Source of the DNA: Octopus bimaculoides
Taxonomy: Eukaryota
Assembly: GCF_001194135.2 (NCBI RefSeq)
Contig: NC_068982.1
Location: 60,473,747 to 60,537,746, forward strand
Direction: 5' to 3'
DNA: 64,000 bases
In this document: piece after piece, positions 13,170 through 25,386 of the stretch
How the letters are laid out: each line of letters starts with the position of its first letter
Position numbering within the stretch: the first letter of the stretch is position 1
Position numbers and translations under genes: made by a program
Notes under the pieces: generated by a model
What the model saw: only the letters and a program-made list of their open reading frames with translations
Database searches by the model: none
What the model was told of the DNA's origin: nothing

Positions 13170-13346
13170 TATACCGGAGTAAGCACATAAATGTGCAACA
13201 AGGAGGGGAAAAGAGTACTCAAATACCAGAGGTAGAGTAATATGCTTTATTTAAAAGCAGCAGAAATATAACAAAACAGTCCAATGAATGGGAACATGAA
13301 ATTCCGAGTAACAGTTTTTGTTATATTTCTGCTGCTTTTAGATAAA
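13170..13346 (+). mobile_element. Short repeat element with long inverted repeat and hammerhead-like core, probably a Penelope-type terminal repeat relic
   Basis: 25-bp perfect inverted repeat 13252-13276 / 13316-13340 enclosing CCAATGA-ATG-GGAA-CAT-GAAA-TT-CCG-AG-TA; flanked by (TA)n. PLE origin is inferred. Confidence 0.5.
13281..13310 (+). ncRNA. Decayed minimal type-I hammerhead ribozyme core
   Basis: Order and spacing fit CUGAnGA / stem II / GAAA / stem III / NUH. Deviations: U4C, G5A and a G-U wobble in stem III. Confidence 0.45.
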
Positions 13347-14335
13347 GTATATATATATATATATACACACACACAAGTGTGTGTGTGTGTGTGTGTGTGC
13401 ATATTTATGTATGCATATGCACATATACATATACACATATACATACATGCATATATAAACACACACACACATATGTATAGATATATGTAGATGCAAACAT
13501 ATGCAGTAGGGATTCCACACAGTTTCACTCTTTCAAATTCCACTCACAAAATATTGCTCACTTTGAGCCTATTATAGAAAATACTTACCCAATGTGGTAC
13601 AAAGAATATGATAATCTTATGGTACTTACACTAAAAGAATTTTAATAACTAAAATGAATTATACCCTTAAGGGAGCCTACCTACTAGAAATAGTAGCCAA
13701 ACCGCCTTTATATTGCTACCTAACCACTTAAAACTGGAGCGACATATTGCTGTGATAGTTGTAGACAGATTGCATCTGAAAAAGAAAAGAAATAATGAAC
13801 AAAAAAACAGTATGGCCTTCACTGAAATTCCTTTGATCATAGGGTCAGCGGATCAAGGCTGTTGAATTAGTATTGATAATATAAAACCTTAACACTGTTT
13901 GTATGTTATTTCCCAATGTTTGCTTTTGTTTTTCTATTTATTTTGTTGAGTTCCAATAAAAATTTATAATACTCACTTATAGTGACATTTATTGCAGTTA
14001 TATGTCAATAATGCTATGATTGAATATAAATATATACAATTTCCTAGCTGAACTATATCATTAAATACAGTAAAGTAAGGAAAGCAAGGAATTTGCAATA
14101 CAATCATCAGTATTAAACCAATTATTTGAAAAGAAAATTATTAATTATGAGCTTATATTTTTCATTCTCATTTAAATGATAATTATGTATAAAAGAAACC
14201 CAAAGAGATTTTGTTATTGTTTTTTGTTAATATCACGATATAATTCTAAGGAATATATTTTTCAGTATTATTAACATTCAATAAGATTGAAAGTATTACT
14301 TTTATTGTATTCTTGTTGTTCTTGTTGTTGTTGTG

Positions 14336-14337
<2 letters not shown>

Positions 14338-14406
<69 letters not shown>

Positions 14407-14415
14407 TATTATTAC

Positions 14416-14448
<33 letters not shown>

Positions 14449-14755
14449 CATAGTTGCTTACTTTTAATTTGCATGCTTGATGCAATCACATGCCAGGACA
14501 CACCCAGTGCCCTAGGGCAAGTGAAGGTTAAGAGATGTTGAAATATAACTGAAAGCTTGGCGAGGGGAAGTGGCAAGGACAGTGGAGAAATACCTTCATA
14601 CAATACAACACAAACATTTGAATTGACAGGGTTTTTCTAAGGATGTGGTCAGTACTTCTCAGCATAATCTTTTGGTTTTCCCTGAGACATGGTTCTCCTG
14701 GGATATTGTCTAAATATTTCTGGCATCACATTTTTATCATACCTAGGGCACCTAT
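14338..14755 (-). mobile_element. R4/Dong-like RLE non-LTR retrotransposon 3' end with expanded (TAA)n tail
   Basis: - strand IGALGMIKM*CQKYLDNIPGEPCLRENQKIMLRSTDHILRKTLSI; 3' UTR co-linear with 42620-43160; tail is the (ATT)n array at 14338-14450. Confidence 0.8.
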
Positions 14756-14789
14756 ATTATTATTATTATTATCATCATCATTATTGTTA

Positions 14790-14999
14790 TTACTGAAGGT
14801 GATGGGCTGGTAGAATCGTTGGTATGCTGAGCAAAATGCTTTGCAGCATTTTGTCTATCTCTACATTCTGAGTTCAAATTCCATCGTAGTCATCTTTACC
14901 TTTCATCCTTTCAAGGTTGATAAAATATGTACCAGTTGAGCACTTGGGTCAATGTAATCAACTTACACCCTCTCCTAAAATTGCTACCTTTGTACCAAA

Positions 15000-15000
<1 letters not shown>
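14790..15000 (+). mobile_element. SINE copy, second family
   Basis: GGCTGGTAGAATCGTTGGTATGC...CTGAGTTCAAATTCC...CCTTTCATCCTTTCAAGGTTGATAAAATATGTACCAG. Confidence 0.8.
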
Positions 15001-15041
<41 letters not shown>

Positions 15042-15164
15042 TGTTTTGTATTTATACAAGTTGACCTCAAGTCTCATTCAAAGACCTCAAGCGACAACAA
15101 GTTTGAAGTTCAAGCTGATATTATCACTAGAGTGCCATATTTTTGGTTTTGCATAAACTATTGT

Positions 15165-15655
15165 TCTATGGTTGGTGGCACATAAAATACACCATTTTGA
15201 GCGTGGCCGTTGCAAGTACCGCCTGACTGGCCTTCATTGGATTTTCGAGTGAGATAGTTGCCAGTGCCCCTGGACTGGCTCTTGTGCGGGTGGCACATAA
15301 ATTACACCATTTTGAGTGTGGCCGTTGCCAGTACCGCCGGACTGGCCTTCGTAGGATTTTCGAGCAAGATCATTGCCAGTGCCCCTGGACTGGCTCTTAT
15401 GCAGGTGGCACATAAAATACACCATCTTGAGCATGGCCGTTGCCAGTACCGCCTGACTGGCCTTCGTGTGGGTGACACATAAAAGCACCCACTACACTCT
15501 CTGAGTGGTTGGCGTTAGGAAGGGCATCCAGCCGTAGAAACTCTGCCAAATCAGATTGGAGCCTGGTGTAACCATCTGGTTTCACCAGTCCTCAGTCAAA
15601 TCGTCCAACCCATGCTAGCATGAAAAGCGGACATTAAACGACGATGATGATGATT
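15165..15655 (+). mobile_element. SINE with internal 115-bp tandem repeat (~2.5 copies) and GTTAGGAAGGGCATCCAGCCG domain
   Basis: GGTGGCACATAAA unit starts at 15174, 15289 and 15404; 3' end CCCATGCTAGCATGAAAAGCGGACATTAAACGACGATGATG; relatives at 28790, 31930, 39990, 42215 and 46000. Confidence 0.8.
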
Positions 15656-15692
15656 ATTATTATTATTATTATCATCATCATCATCATCATCA

Positions 15693-15729
<37 letters not shown>

Positions 15730-16115
15730 CATCATTATTTAAGGTGTCGCATAGTATCCAATATCATGATGTCTACTGGGAGTTTGTACTATCTGTCAAG
15801 TCACAAGGACCTCAGACAGACAGTATTTTATGCAATATGCATGCAGTTCCAAGTAATGCCGATTTTTGTGATACACCTAGATTGTAGGGTATTTCTAAAG
15901 TTTCCATATGTTTCTACAAGTTGGGTGGTATTGAACCCAATGCTCAGAAGGGAATCAATATTATCGTTAAAGGCACAAAATAGCATTTGACCCTCTGACT
16001 GATAACTAATGAGGAGTTGGTGACCTGTGTGTGTTTTCTGTTTGTTTGTGCATTTACTATATGTTTTTTTTACCTTATATCTATCTATCTATCTATCTAT
16101 CTATATATCTATATC

Positions 16116-16139
<24 letters not shown>

Positions 16140-16147
<8 letters not shown>

Positions 16148-16480
16148 TACTCGTTTCAGTCATTAGACTGCAGCCCAGCAGGGCAGGTAAAGTCTGACAA
16201 AATGTTGATAAGCATTTTGCCTGGCATGCTGACAAATCTGCCAGCTCACCACCTTTGATGATCTTTGATATTGATTTCAAATTTTGGCACAAGGCCAGCA
16301 ATTTTTGGGAAGGGGGAAGATCAATTACATCAGTCCCAGTTCAACTGGTACTTATTTTATTGACCCCGAGAAGATGAAAGGCAAAGTCAACCTCGGTAAA
16401 ATTTGAACTGAGAACATAAAGACAGATGAAACGTTACTAAGCATTTTGCCTGGCAAGCAAAAGATTCTGTGAGCATGATG
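16140..16480 (-). mobile_element. Adjacent SINE fragments
   Basis: Second-family motif GACCCCGAGAAGATGAAAGGCAAAGTCAACCTCGG plus a duplicated head segment AAGCATTTTGCCTGGC. Confidence 0.75.
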
Positions 16481-16839
16481 ATTTTTGATATTTATAAAAG
16501 TTAAATTTTTTTGTTTTTCTAACTTTCCTGTTCATATAAAATGCCTTATTCCAAAGTATATTACTTTGTCATTCCATGAAATCTTCTGTTGCATGTTTTC
16601 ATACTATTTCATTTCTGAGTTGCCATAGTTTTGAGAGTATGAATCCTCTAATTCTTTCATGTCTGTTTATATAATATGGCTAAGAGTAGGCAACTAGAAA
16701 CTATGTGATTATTTCTTATGTGTTTATATTTGTTTGTATATGTGTTTTAAATTTCTCAAAGATTTACCACTCAATTAACATTTGCAAAACTAAGACAGAA
16801 GCAAAACACTTATACAGCTACCGCATATGTGCTGCAGGT

Positions 16840-16874
16840 ACAGTTGTTGTTGTTGCTGTTGTTGTTGTTGTTGT

Positions 16875-16953
<79 letters not shown>

Positions 16954-17480
16954 GGTGATGATGATGATGATGATGATGGTGATGGTGGTGGTGGTGGTGG
17001 TGATGATGGTGATGATGGTGATGATGATGATGATGATGGTGGTAGTGATGGTGATGATGATGATGATGATGGTGGTGGTTTTGTTGGTGGCCATGGTGAT
17101 GGTGGCTTTGGTGGTGGTGGTGGTCATGGTAATGATGTAGAGTGCTGATAATAGGATAATGATGAAGGGATGATGAGGAGGGGCAGAAGGAAGAGGAAGA
17201 AAAAGAATTTTGTCTCTATCTTCCCCTTTAGCTTTTCCTCCTCTTCCTCCTCCTCTTCCTCCTCTTCCTCATCCTCATTATCATTATCATCACGCGAAAA
17301 AGGTAAAACAAGGAGCTGTAAAAGAAATATGGGGAAGAAAAGAGGAACAGGAGCAATAGAATAAGGGACAGATGAAGGAAAGGAGAGGGTAAAGGAAAGA
17401 GGATGATATGAGGCAGAAGAGTAGGAAGGAAGGAAGGAAGGAAGGAAGGAAGGAAAGATAACAGCAATGCATTTAACCAT
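16840..17480. repeat. Compound trinucleotide tract (GTT, GAT, GGT, CCT) and (GGAA)n
   Basis: Direct inspection. Confidence 0.9.
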
Positions 17481-20162
17481 CACTTCTACTGCCACCAGCA
17501 AAGCTGTTGCTGACAATAATGATGATTAAAATAGACAAAAACATAAACATTGAGTTAAGGTAATATAAGTATCTTGAAGTGAATCTAAAAATTAATATTT
17601 TGAAATCCAGTTACTAATGAATACATTTGAATTCCTTAAGGGTGTAGGTATTTTTATCTTGCTGAAGAGGAAAAGATATAAACCACCCACTCCAACTTTA
17701 CCACCACCCCCGTTAGATTTAGAGTTGGTTATCATTGTAATGATTGTTGAATGACGACACTGCTTAAGGATATGTTCTCAGATGTCTCACTTTCAAGATA
17801 TACAAACTAGAAATTGTGGTACTTTTAGTTTGAAATAGGTATTAGGCAAAGATAGAGAAAGTTCATTATACTCCAGAAAATTCAAGATATTCTAGAAAAT
17901 AATCAGCAAGTTATCAGTTCTGTTTTTATTTGGCCATTGGCATCATTTTAGGAAGTGAAGGACATAGTGCTTGAAAAACATGATAAAGAATAAAAGAAAG
18001 AAAAGGGATTTTTTTTTTTTTAAATAAGCTAAGTAGTGTACAAAGTCTTTGAAAGCATAATAAAACTAAGTTTTGAAAGAATGTAGAAAAGAAAAAAACT
18101 TAAATTATCATGAAAAAATTGTGCTAAATATCAATATTATTATTCTTCATGGAATTTCTTCACAAAAACATAACAACATTTATTTTTATAAAACTGTTTT
18201 TTTCTTTTTTTTTAAGTACCAAAGAATAACAATTTAACAATTTTCTGTGTCTTGTTTTTTGTGTTGCTTTTGTTGATGTTGGTGTTCTTTTTAAGGGTGG
18301 GTTGGGGAAGCAAAAGGAATTTGTAGGTGTGATAAAATGAAGAACAAGACAAAATATCAGGAAAAGAACGCTGACTCTACTTTAAAATATCAGCAATGAA
18401 ATAAAACTACTTAAAAGAGTTGTAGAGGCTTTCAAATCATGCTGTGTTCATATGAATGCATTATAACTTAGCTCAAATTATTTCTAAGGAGAGTACCAGA
18501 TGTCTAAGGTAATAATTATAAAGGGATCCTTTTTTTTTCCTTCAAGTTTCTACCATTTCATATTCAGAAATATTACAGAGTAATATTTATGTACTATAAG
18601 TCATGATCACATAGCTTTTAAACTTTCCTTAATAATCCTTTAATGCATATCATTAATTTTAACCATAATACTCTGACATTTATCGAGTGGATTCTCAAAA
18701 AAATTTAACATTAATTTTGTTATTCTCCAGAGACCATTTCTACAATGAGTAATTCCATCATTCTAATAAATGAAGGATACTCAACTGATAAATTTTAATT
18801 TTTTTCTAAATTTGTAAAACAGCTATTTATTTATTTATGATAAAAATATAATATATTTGGAAGAATAATCTCTGAGCAAACAGAGCCTTAGGGTACTAAG
18901 TTGAATTCCTGTGTATTCTAGTGACTGTCCTAAAGGGAAATATTTTTAAAATAAGTCTTCTAACAAATATTCATAAAATGTTCTAATTATTGAAACTTGA
19001 AAGCAATACCAAAATTACCTCTTGCATATATAAGGAAAAATGGTATCCTTTTGGAGATCAGATATAGTTATTGTAATAAAGGGAAATGAATTAGACAAGA
19101 GTAGGTTTATTTCAGTTTAAGATAAATACTCATTTTAATTTTGATTTTTTTTCTTTTCTTTATTGATCTTTATTTATTGTAGGGAAAATTGTTCAAAAGT
19201 TAAATTTATTTTTAAAAGATTTAGACATGATACAGAATAAACAAAAATACAAGTCATATAAATAAAGTCAATTTAGATCAAATTAAGCTGAATTAAAAAT
19301 ACGAATTAGCAAAATCAAATTAAGGTAAGAATAAGACATGAACTGAAAGTCTGAAAGTATCATCTATATTGCAAAAGACATTGAAGGTAATTCATTAATG
19401 AATGATAGGACTTCATCAAAACAAATTAAGATTCACTAATTTACATATGTTTCCATCGGGTATCATAATGACATACATCATATAAGTGTTTGTTTTTTTC
19501 AAGTAAGAATATATTTGGAGTTTCAGATCGAAAAACAAATCATAGCAGCACATTTCATCAAACAGTAATTAAAGCAATCACTTCTTGTATTAATTACTAT
19601 TATAAACTTTGTTTAATAATTAATCTACCAGATTCTGATTATTTTTGTGGCTTTAACATTTTTTTCTTAAAAGAGTAACAATGACAAATTAGTTCTTTAA
19701 AAAAACAAGCTAATGTGTAACACGCTTATTAAATGAAAAAATAAATGCCTATATAGAGTTGTAGAAGGGATAGTCAAATATTGAATGTTTTCATAAAAAA
19801 TTCAAAATAAATTCTCACATAAGTTCCTTTGGCAAAAAAAAAGAAAGCAAGGCAAAAGTAAGCAAAAGTTGTTTTTTTAAATTAAATAAATATTTTATTT
19901 TTTTCTATATTCTAAATTAATTTGTATAGTTTTGTCACATGGTCTAAATTTTAAGGAATTTCTGCTAAAAATTTCTAAATCAAAAATATTTTACTTTCAA
20001 TGAAACTGATCTCACAGAATAAATTGCATTACCCAATTAATAGAATTAAACTTCAAAATAACACTCGTCAAAAGTATTTAAGAATTACAAAGACTTGGAA
20101 AATTTGGTGATAATACAGGATGAAGAGTCGCATAATTAATTTCATTTCTGTCAACTTACACA

Positions 20163-20204
<42 letters not shown>

Positions 20205-20205
20205 A

Positions 20206-20242
<37 letters not shown>

Positions 20243-22679
20243 TACACACTCATAAAGAGGAATTTTTAAAAAATGAAATGAAATAAAATAGAAAATATAA
20301 GACTAAGGAAAGATATTTTTTAATGTTTAATCTGGAAATTCTCTTTTCTTTAGCAATGTGGAAACTGAGTTTTCAACAATATTTTATTTTAAGCATTATA
20401 ATTTAGAGTTCATTTGGTATAAGGGTCTGTTAGCTTTTTATCTTCTTTCAAATTTTGTTTGAAATGTGTTTTTTATCGTTAGTGTTTTTTTTCTTTCTTC
20501 TGTCTAAATGACAGATGTTTTCACCGTTAATATTTGTCCATATCTTTTACTTATTAGTCATGCAACATAAAATTCCTTAATTAAGTACAATTCTAACCAG
20601 CTGCCCAGCACTATTGTCTAACAGGAAACCAAATGGAAAAACACTAAATAAATGAATAAATAAATATTGGTGATTTTTTCTGAATTGCTGATGAATAGAG
20701 TTAAAAATCTTTTATGATAATCTAAGGGTTTTTCTAGAGTTTAGAGATATAGTATATTATATTCTCAGAGATGTAACCATTAATGAACATAATACATAAA
20801 AGAGCACTATCAACACAAAATATGGGTTTTGCAGTTAGAAGAAATTTGATAATAAAATAATCATAGCAATATAAAAAGACAATAAAAAAGAACACAAAAA
20901 TAATATCTTTATCCTGACAAAAACATACAGAAGAATAGCAGAGGCTATTTGTTTCTATTTTTAATTTTAAAAAGTGAAAAAAAAAGTGTGCAATAAGTGA
21001 ACATATAAATACAAAAAAAAAAAAAGAATGTAAAATGATAAAAATTGTCTAAAAGAAAGAACTAATCAATCAATCCACTTGAAAGCAAACTTTACACAAT
21101 ATTTCATCAATAGCATACAAATAATGTATTGATTTGTTCATTCTATGCAATTTTGTCACCACATAGCATTTTCAAAATGCCTTAGAGTAATTCAATTTTT
21201 TAAAATATCTATCTAAAACTAAAGTGTATAGAGATTGAATAAAATAATGAGAGTAATAAATCTGGTGATTTACAATAATTGGGAGTGATCTAAGACACAA
21301 GATAGTAAATTTATTCAGACTTCCATCTTAATCATATTGTTCAAAATCTTGTCTGACCACCAAGTGTATGAATGAACAAGCATTACAATAAAACAGTACA
21401 AGATAATAAAAAAGTAATATAATTATATTTATCAAATTCAGTTGTATATGATGTACAGAAAACATTTCTAATATAAACTTTATAGTTTGTAGCTGTTACA
21501 ATTTATCATTCTGCTTACATGGCAAGTTTTCTACTTGCTGTAATGGCTTTTCTCAAACTTTTTTCTGAAGAACCCTGGGTTTCCATTCATAAAATATGGG
21601 CTTCCAGGTTTTATGGAAACATATGCATGTGTGCACTTCGTTTTTTGATAATGATTCCTCAACATAAGAAAAATAAACCTTGAAACAATTCTCTCTTTAA
21701 GGGATTTTTTCCCCTTAAAATGCAGTTCCCAGTAATACTACCACATGTTAATAAAAATTTATTTTATAAGAAGTTATATTAACCATTTTCAAATTATTAT
21801 TATTTTTTTTTAAATGAGCAAATTCTTCCTCTAAAGCATAAGTATAGGGGTCGTCATCCATAAAACATAAATACAGGTTCTGCAATTTTTAAGTAGATCA
21901 CTCAAGGGTAGTGCAACAAAATAAGTTGTGGAATCTTTGTTCTATGATGTATGTTTATTCTCTAATCCATTTTAATTTATCATGTTCTTAACTTCTACTA
22001 TACTTGATTTTGGGGTCTAGATATCTCAGTGTGTATGAAAGGATTAAGATAGTACTGAAAATATTTAAGAATATAAAGATAAAAGTAAAAAGATTTATAT
22101 CTAAGAGATTAGATAACCTTTCTTAATATTCCTAACACTAAGTAAATTCTATTTTCAAGTCATTTCGAATGGTCTTGTGAATTCTTAAATTCAGTGTAAA
22201 TTTTCTTTGTCCTATAGCTGGAATTCTTATAAGAGCTATCTTTGAGTCATAATTATTACAAAATAGTTTTATAAGAATGAGAAATTAAAAACCAATTAAT
22301 TCTACTCTGGTATTAGTTTTATTAATTATGTAGAGATGGAAAATAAATTCAAGCCTTGTAGCAATTGTTTATGAAACTTCAAAATATTAAGTATTACATC
22401 CCAATCATTTCTCTACCACCATTGTCAACTCCACTAACTTTATTCACCAAATTGCTGCAACCACTAGCTATTTCACAGTTGCTTAGTTTGTATTCTTTGC
22501 CGCTTATATTACTCCAACGAGAATAGGATCTGCTCTTCTGAACTCGTTAACTGCATAGCCTCTCCATTCAAGCCCACCCAACCTTCCACTCTGTAGTCCA
22601 CTATTAATCTTTACTGTCTCATTTCACACTTGCTACACAAGATCCTTCCCAGTCATTTGTCGCTAGTACTTCAACTTAC

Positions 22680-22723
22680 TAGAATTACCTCATCTGCCCA
22701 TGTTTTTCTATAGATGTCCAAAG
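22680..22723 (-). CDS. Weak candidate exon (LDIYRKTWADEVIL)
   Basis: TTGATATTCAG acceptor, one open frame, GTAAGT donor; no homology recognised. Confidence 0.2.
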
Positions 22724-23279
22724 CTGAATATCAATAACCTCTGACTCTAAAGGTAATGACAACTATATTTCTTCCACTGAGTACTTTATATATTTTTAAA
22801 ATGTCAGAATAAATTCAGGAAATTTGAAACAATGAATGTTAACTTTATTATTTCAAAGTTTCATTTTCAAATTCATTTCTCTTTTTTAAATTAATTTATA
22901 TTTACTTATTCTGTGTTTGCTGGTTTACATCATCATAAAAGTGCTTATATTTTGCTTTATTTGTAATTTCTAGAGTTTTAGCTGAATAGATCTTTTGTTA
23001 CCAAGAAAGAACCATCTATATAGTAACTCAATTTATTAGAAAATAGTGCTCAAATTTCCAAAAAAACACAGTAGCACTTTTCAAAAGATGCATAGGATGA
23101 TACATCCTGAGGTACACCATTCTGGAAAGAAGATTGGAAGATCATAGCCTGAATGATCTGTGTTACCTCCCAGTTATTGTGTATTGATTCTGGGCTAGCT
23201 TGAATTTAAACAATATTGACTGCTATTTTATTTTATTGAGAATTATCTTATGGTTATTGTATTGTAATTGTATACTTAC

Positions 23280-23351
23280 AGAAAGTGAAGAGTAAAGCAT
23301 GACATTTGTGGAATATTTGGCCATAATGCATTGACAGAATTGATGTTCAAC
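23280..23351 (-). CDS. Weak candidate exon, two open frames
   Basis: Perfect GTAAGT donor; CAG acceptor preceded by CACTAAC but poor pyrimidine tract; competing + strand exon-like frames at 23338-23410. Confidence 0.15.
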
Positions 23352-24014
23352 CTGACCACCCGTTAGTGAACTTCAGCAATGGAAGAATACCAGAAGGATT
23401 GAGCTTAATCGTAAGCAGAAGGACAAAGACATGAAACACGACAAGGGTCTATTATGCAACTATTCTTGTTTGGAGTAGAAAAATATTTTGCAGTTATGAT
23501 AGATTAGGTAGATAGATAGGCAGATAGATACATTTCTTTTATTAGCCACACAGGGCTCAACGAAGATGGGACAAATACAATGTAGAGCTTTTCTTTTTGG
23601 GAGGGGGAAGGANNNNNNNNNNNNNNNNNNNNNNNNNNNNNNNNNNNNNNNNNNNNNNNNNNNNNNNNNNNNNNNNNNNNNNNNNNNNNNNNNNNNNNNN
23701 NNNNNNNNNNNNNNNNNNNNNNNNNNNNNNNNNNNNNNNNNNNNNNNNNNCACACAAAGACAGGGAAAGTGATTACATCTGTGATTAAATATAGAATGAT
23801 GGTGAACAAGCGTTTGCCAATCATTCTTTTTTTTTCTTTTTTTGAGGAATGCAATCAAACATGCTTGTTTGTACCAACAGTTTTATCCAAGATATATGAG
23901 CAGTACTTCACTGTGCATCATATCAAACTTTGTAGAGAGAAAGAATTCAGCAGTTGACCAGTAACATTTTTTTTTTTTAAGCCTGAAGAAAAATCTAGTC
24001 TTTGGGATGAAGTC

Positions 24015-24340
24015 TTACCTATGTCACCTGACTGGCACTCTGTCAATTACGACGACGGTTCCAGTTGAGCCGATCAATGGAACAGCCTGCTTGTGAAATT
24101 AACTTGAACACTCCACAAACTTGTACACCCTTAATATAGTTCTCAGGGAGAATCAACATGACACAGAGTATGACAAGGCTTGCCCTTTAAAATACAGGTA
24201 GAACTCCTTTTTGCCAGTTGAGTGGACTGAAGCAATGTGAAATAAAGTGTCATGCTCAGGGATACAAGGTGTTACTGGGAACTGAACTGGTGTGACCATA
24301 TGATCATTAGTTGAATACCGTAACTACTAAGCCATGCACC
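24015..24340 (-). mobile_element. tRNA-derived SINE, third family
   Basis: GAGTGGACTGAAGCAATGTGAAATAAAGTGTCATGCTCAGGGA head, shared with 29490-29620, 41990-42155 and 45430-45570. Confidence 0.7.
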
Positions 24341-24814
24341 TTCATGCTATGTCACCTATAAGATCATAAAAGTTTGCTTGGCCTAACATTTCTAGTAACT
24401 TTCAGTCAAATGTAACACAAAATCTCACTTCACATTTTTATGACAATTATTTAAAAAAGAACTGTATACCATAACACATAATGAGTTTATGGAAGATTTT
24501 TAGGGATTATGGAGCCCTTAGTTGATAGGTTTTTCAAGCAAAAAATTTAACTAATCCTTTAAGCATTATGATAAGCAGTAAGAGGCCATAGACACTGTCT
24601 GAAAGGGAGATACAAATATAGAAAGTAAATACGAGTATAAACTGCTGCTTATTTTACACTCCTTTTAGCATCAATAAAACAGATTGAAAATTACATTTTT
24701 CTCCTTTATTTTTAATCTCAATATTTTATTAGATTATGAAAATTATGCCAAGGATAAGTACATAAAAGAATATAATTATCTTGTCTGCTGAACTTGCTTT
24801 ATTTATATACATAT

Positions 24815-24852
<38 letters not shown>

Positions 24853-25064
24853 CCACCATCACACATGCACATGTACATACACCCTCTACACATTCCCAAT
24901 CATATATATAAATATATANNNNNNNNNNNNNNNNNNNNNNNNNNNNNNNNNNNNNNNNNNNNNNNNNNNNNNNNNNNNNNNNNNNNNNNNNNNNNNNNNN
25001 NNNNNNNNNNNNNNNNNNNNNNNNNNNNNNNNNNNNNNNNNNNNNNNNNNNNNNNNNNNNNNNN

Positions 25065-25125
<61 letters not shown>

Positions 25126-25352
25126 GACATGCAAAAACAAATTCATATACATTTATATTAATATTTCACACACACACATATATATATAGACACATATATA
25201 TGCACCTGCACAGATATAGATATACATATATCATATATACATAGAATTATGCATATATTACATATATATGTGTGTATGAGAATATAATCTAAATATACAC
25301 ACACGGAGACACATATACAGTCATACACATAATATTTATATAAATTCATACA

Positions 25353-25386
<34 letters not shown>

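Noticed and set aside
15174-15470. Regularly spaced direct repeats resembling a CRISPR array
   Set aside because: Whole 115-bp units are duplicated with no unique spacers, inside a eukaryotic SINE, and no cas genes are present.
17641-17745. + frame GVGIFILLKRKRYKPPTPTLPPPPLDLE resembling a receptor juxtamembrane segment
   Set aside because: Short, weak donor, and driven by a C-rich patch; no supporting neighbouring exons.
21519-21678. Recurrent single in-frame TGA in splice-bounded segments (also 34847-34930, 41555, 61311), suggesting a multi-selenocysteine protein
   Set aside because: One stop per 30-50 codons is expected by chance in AT-rich DNA; no selenoprotein motif or SECIS element recognised.
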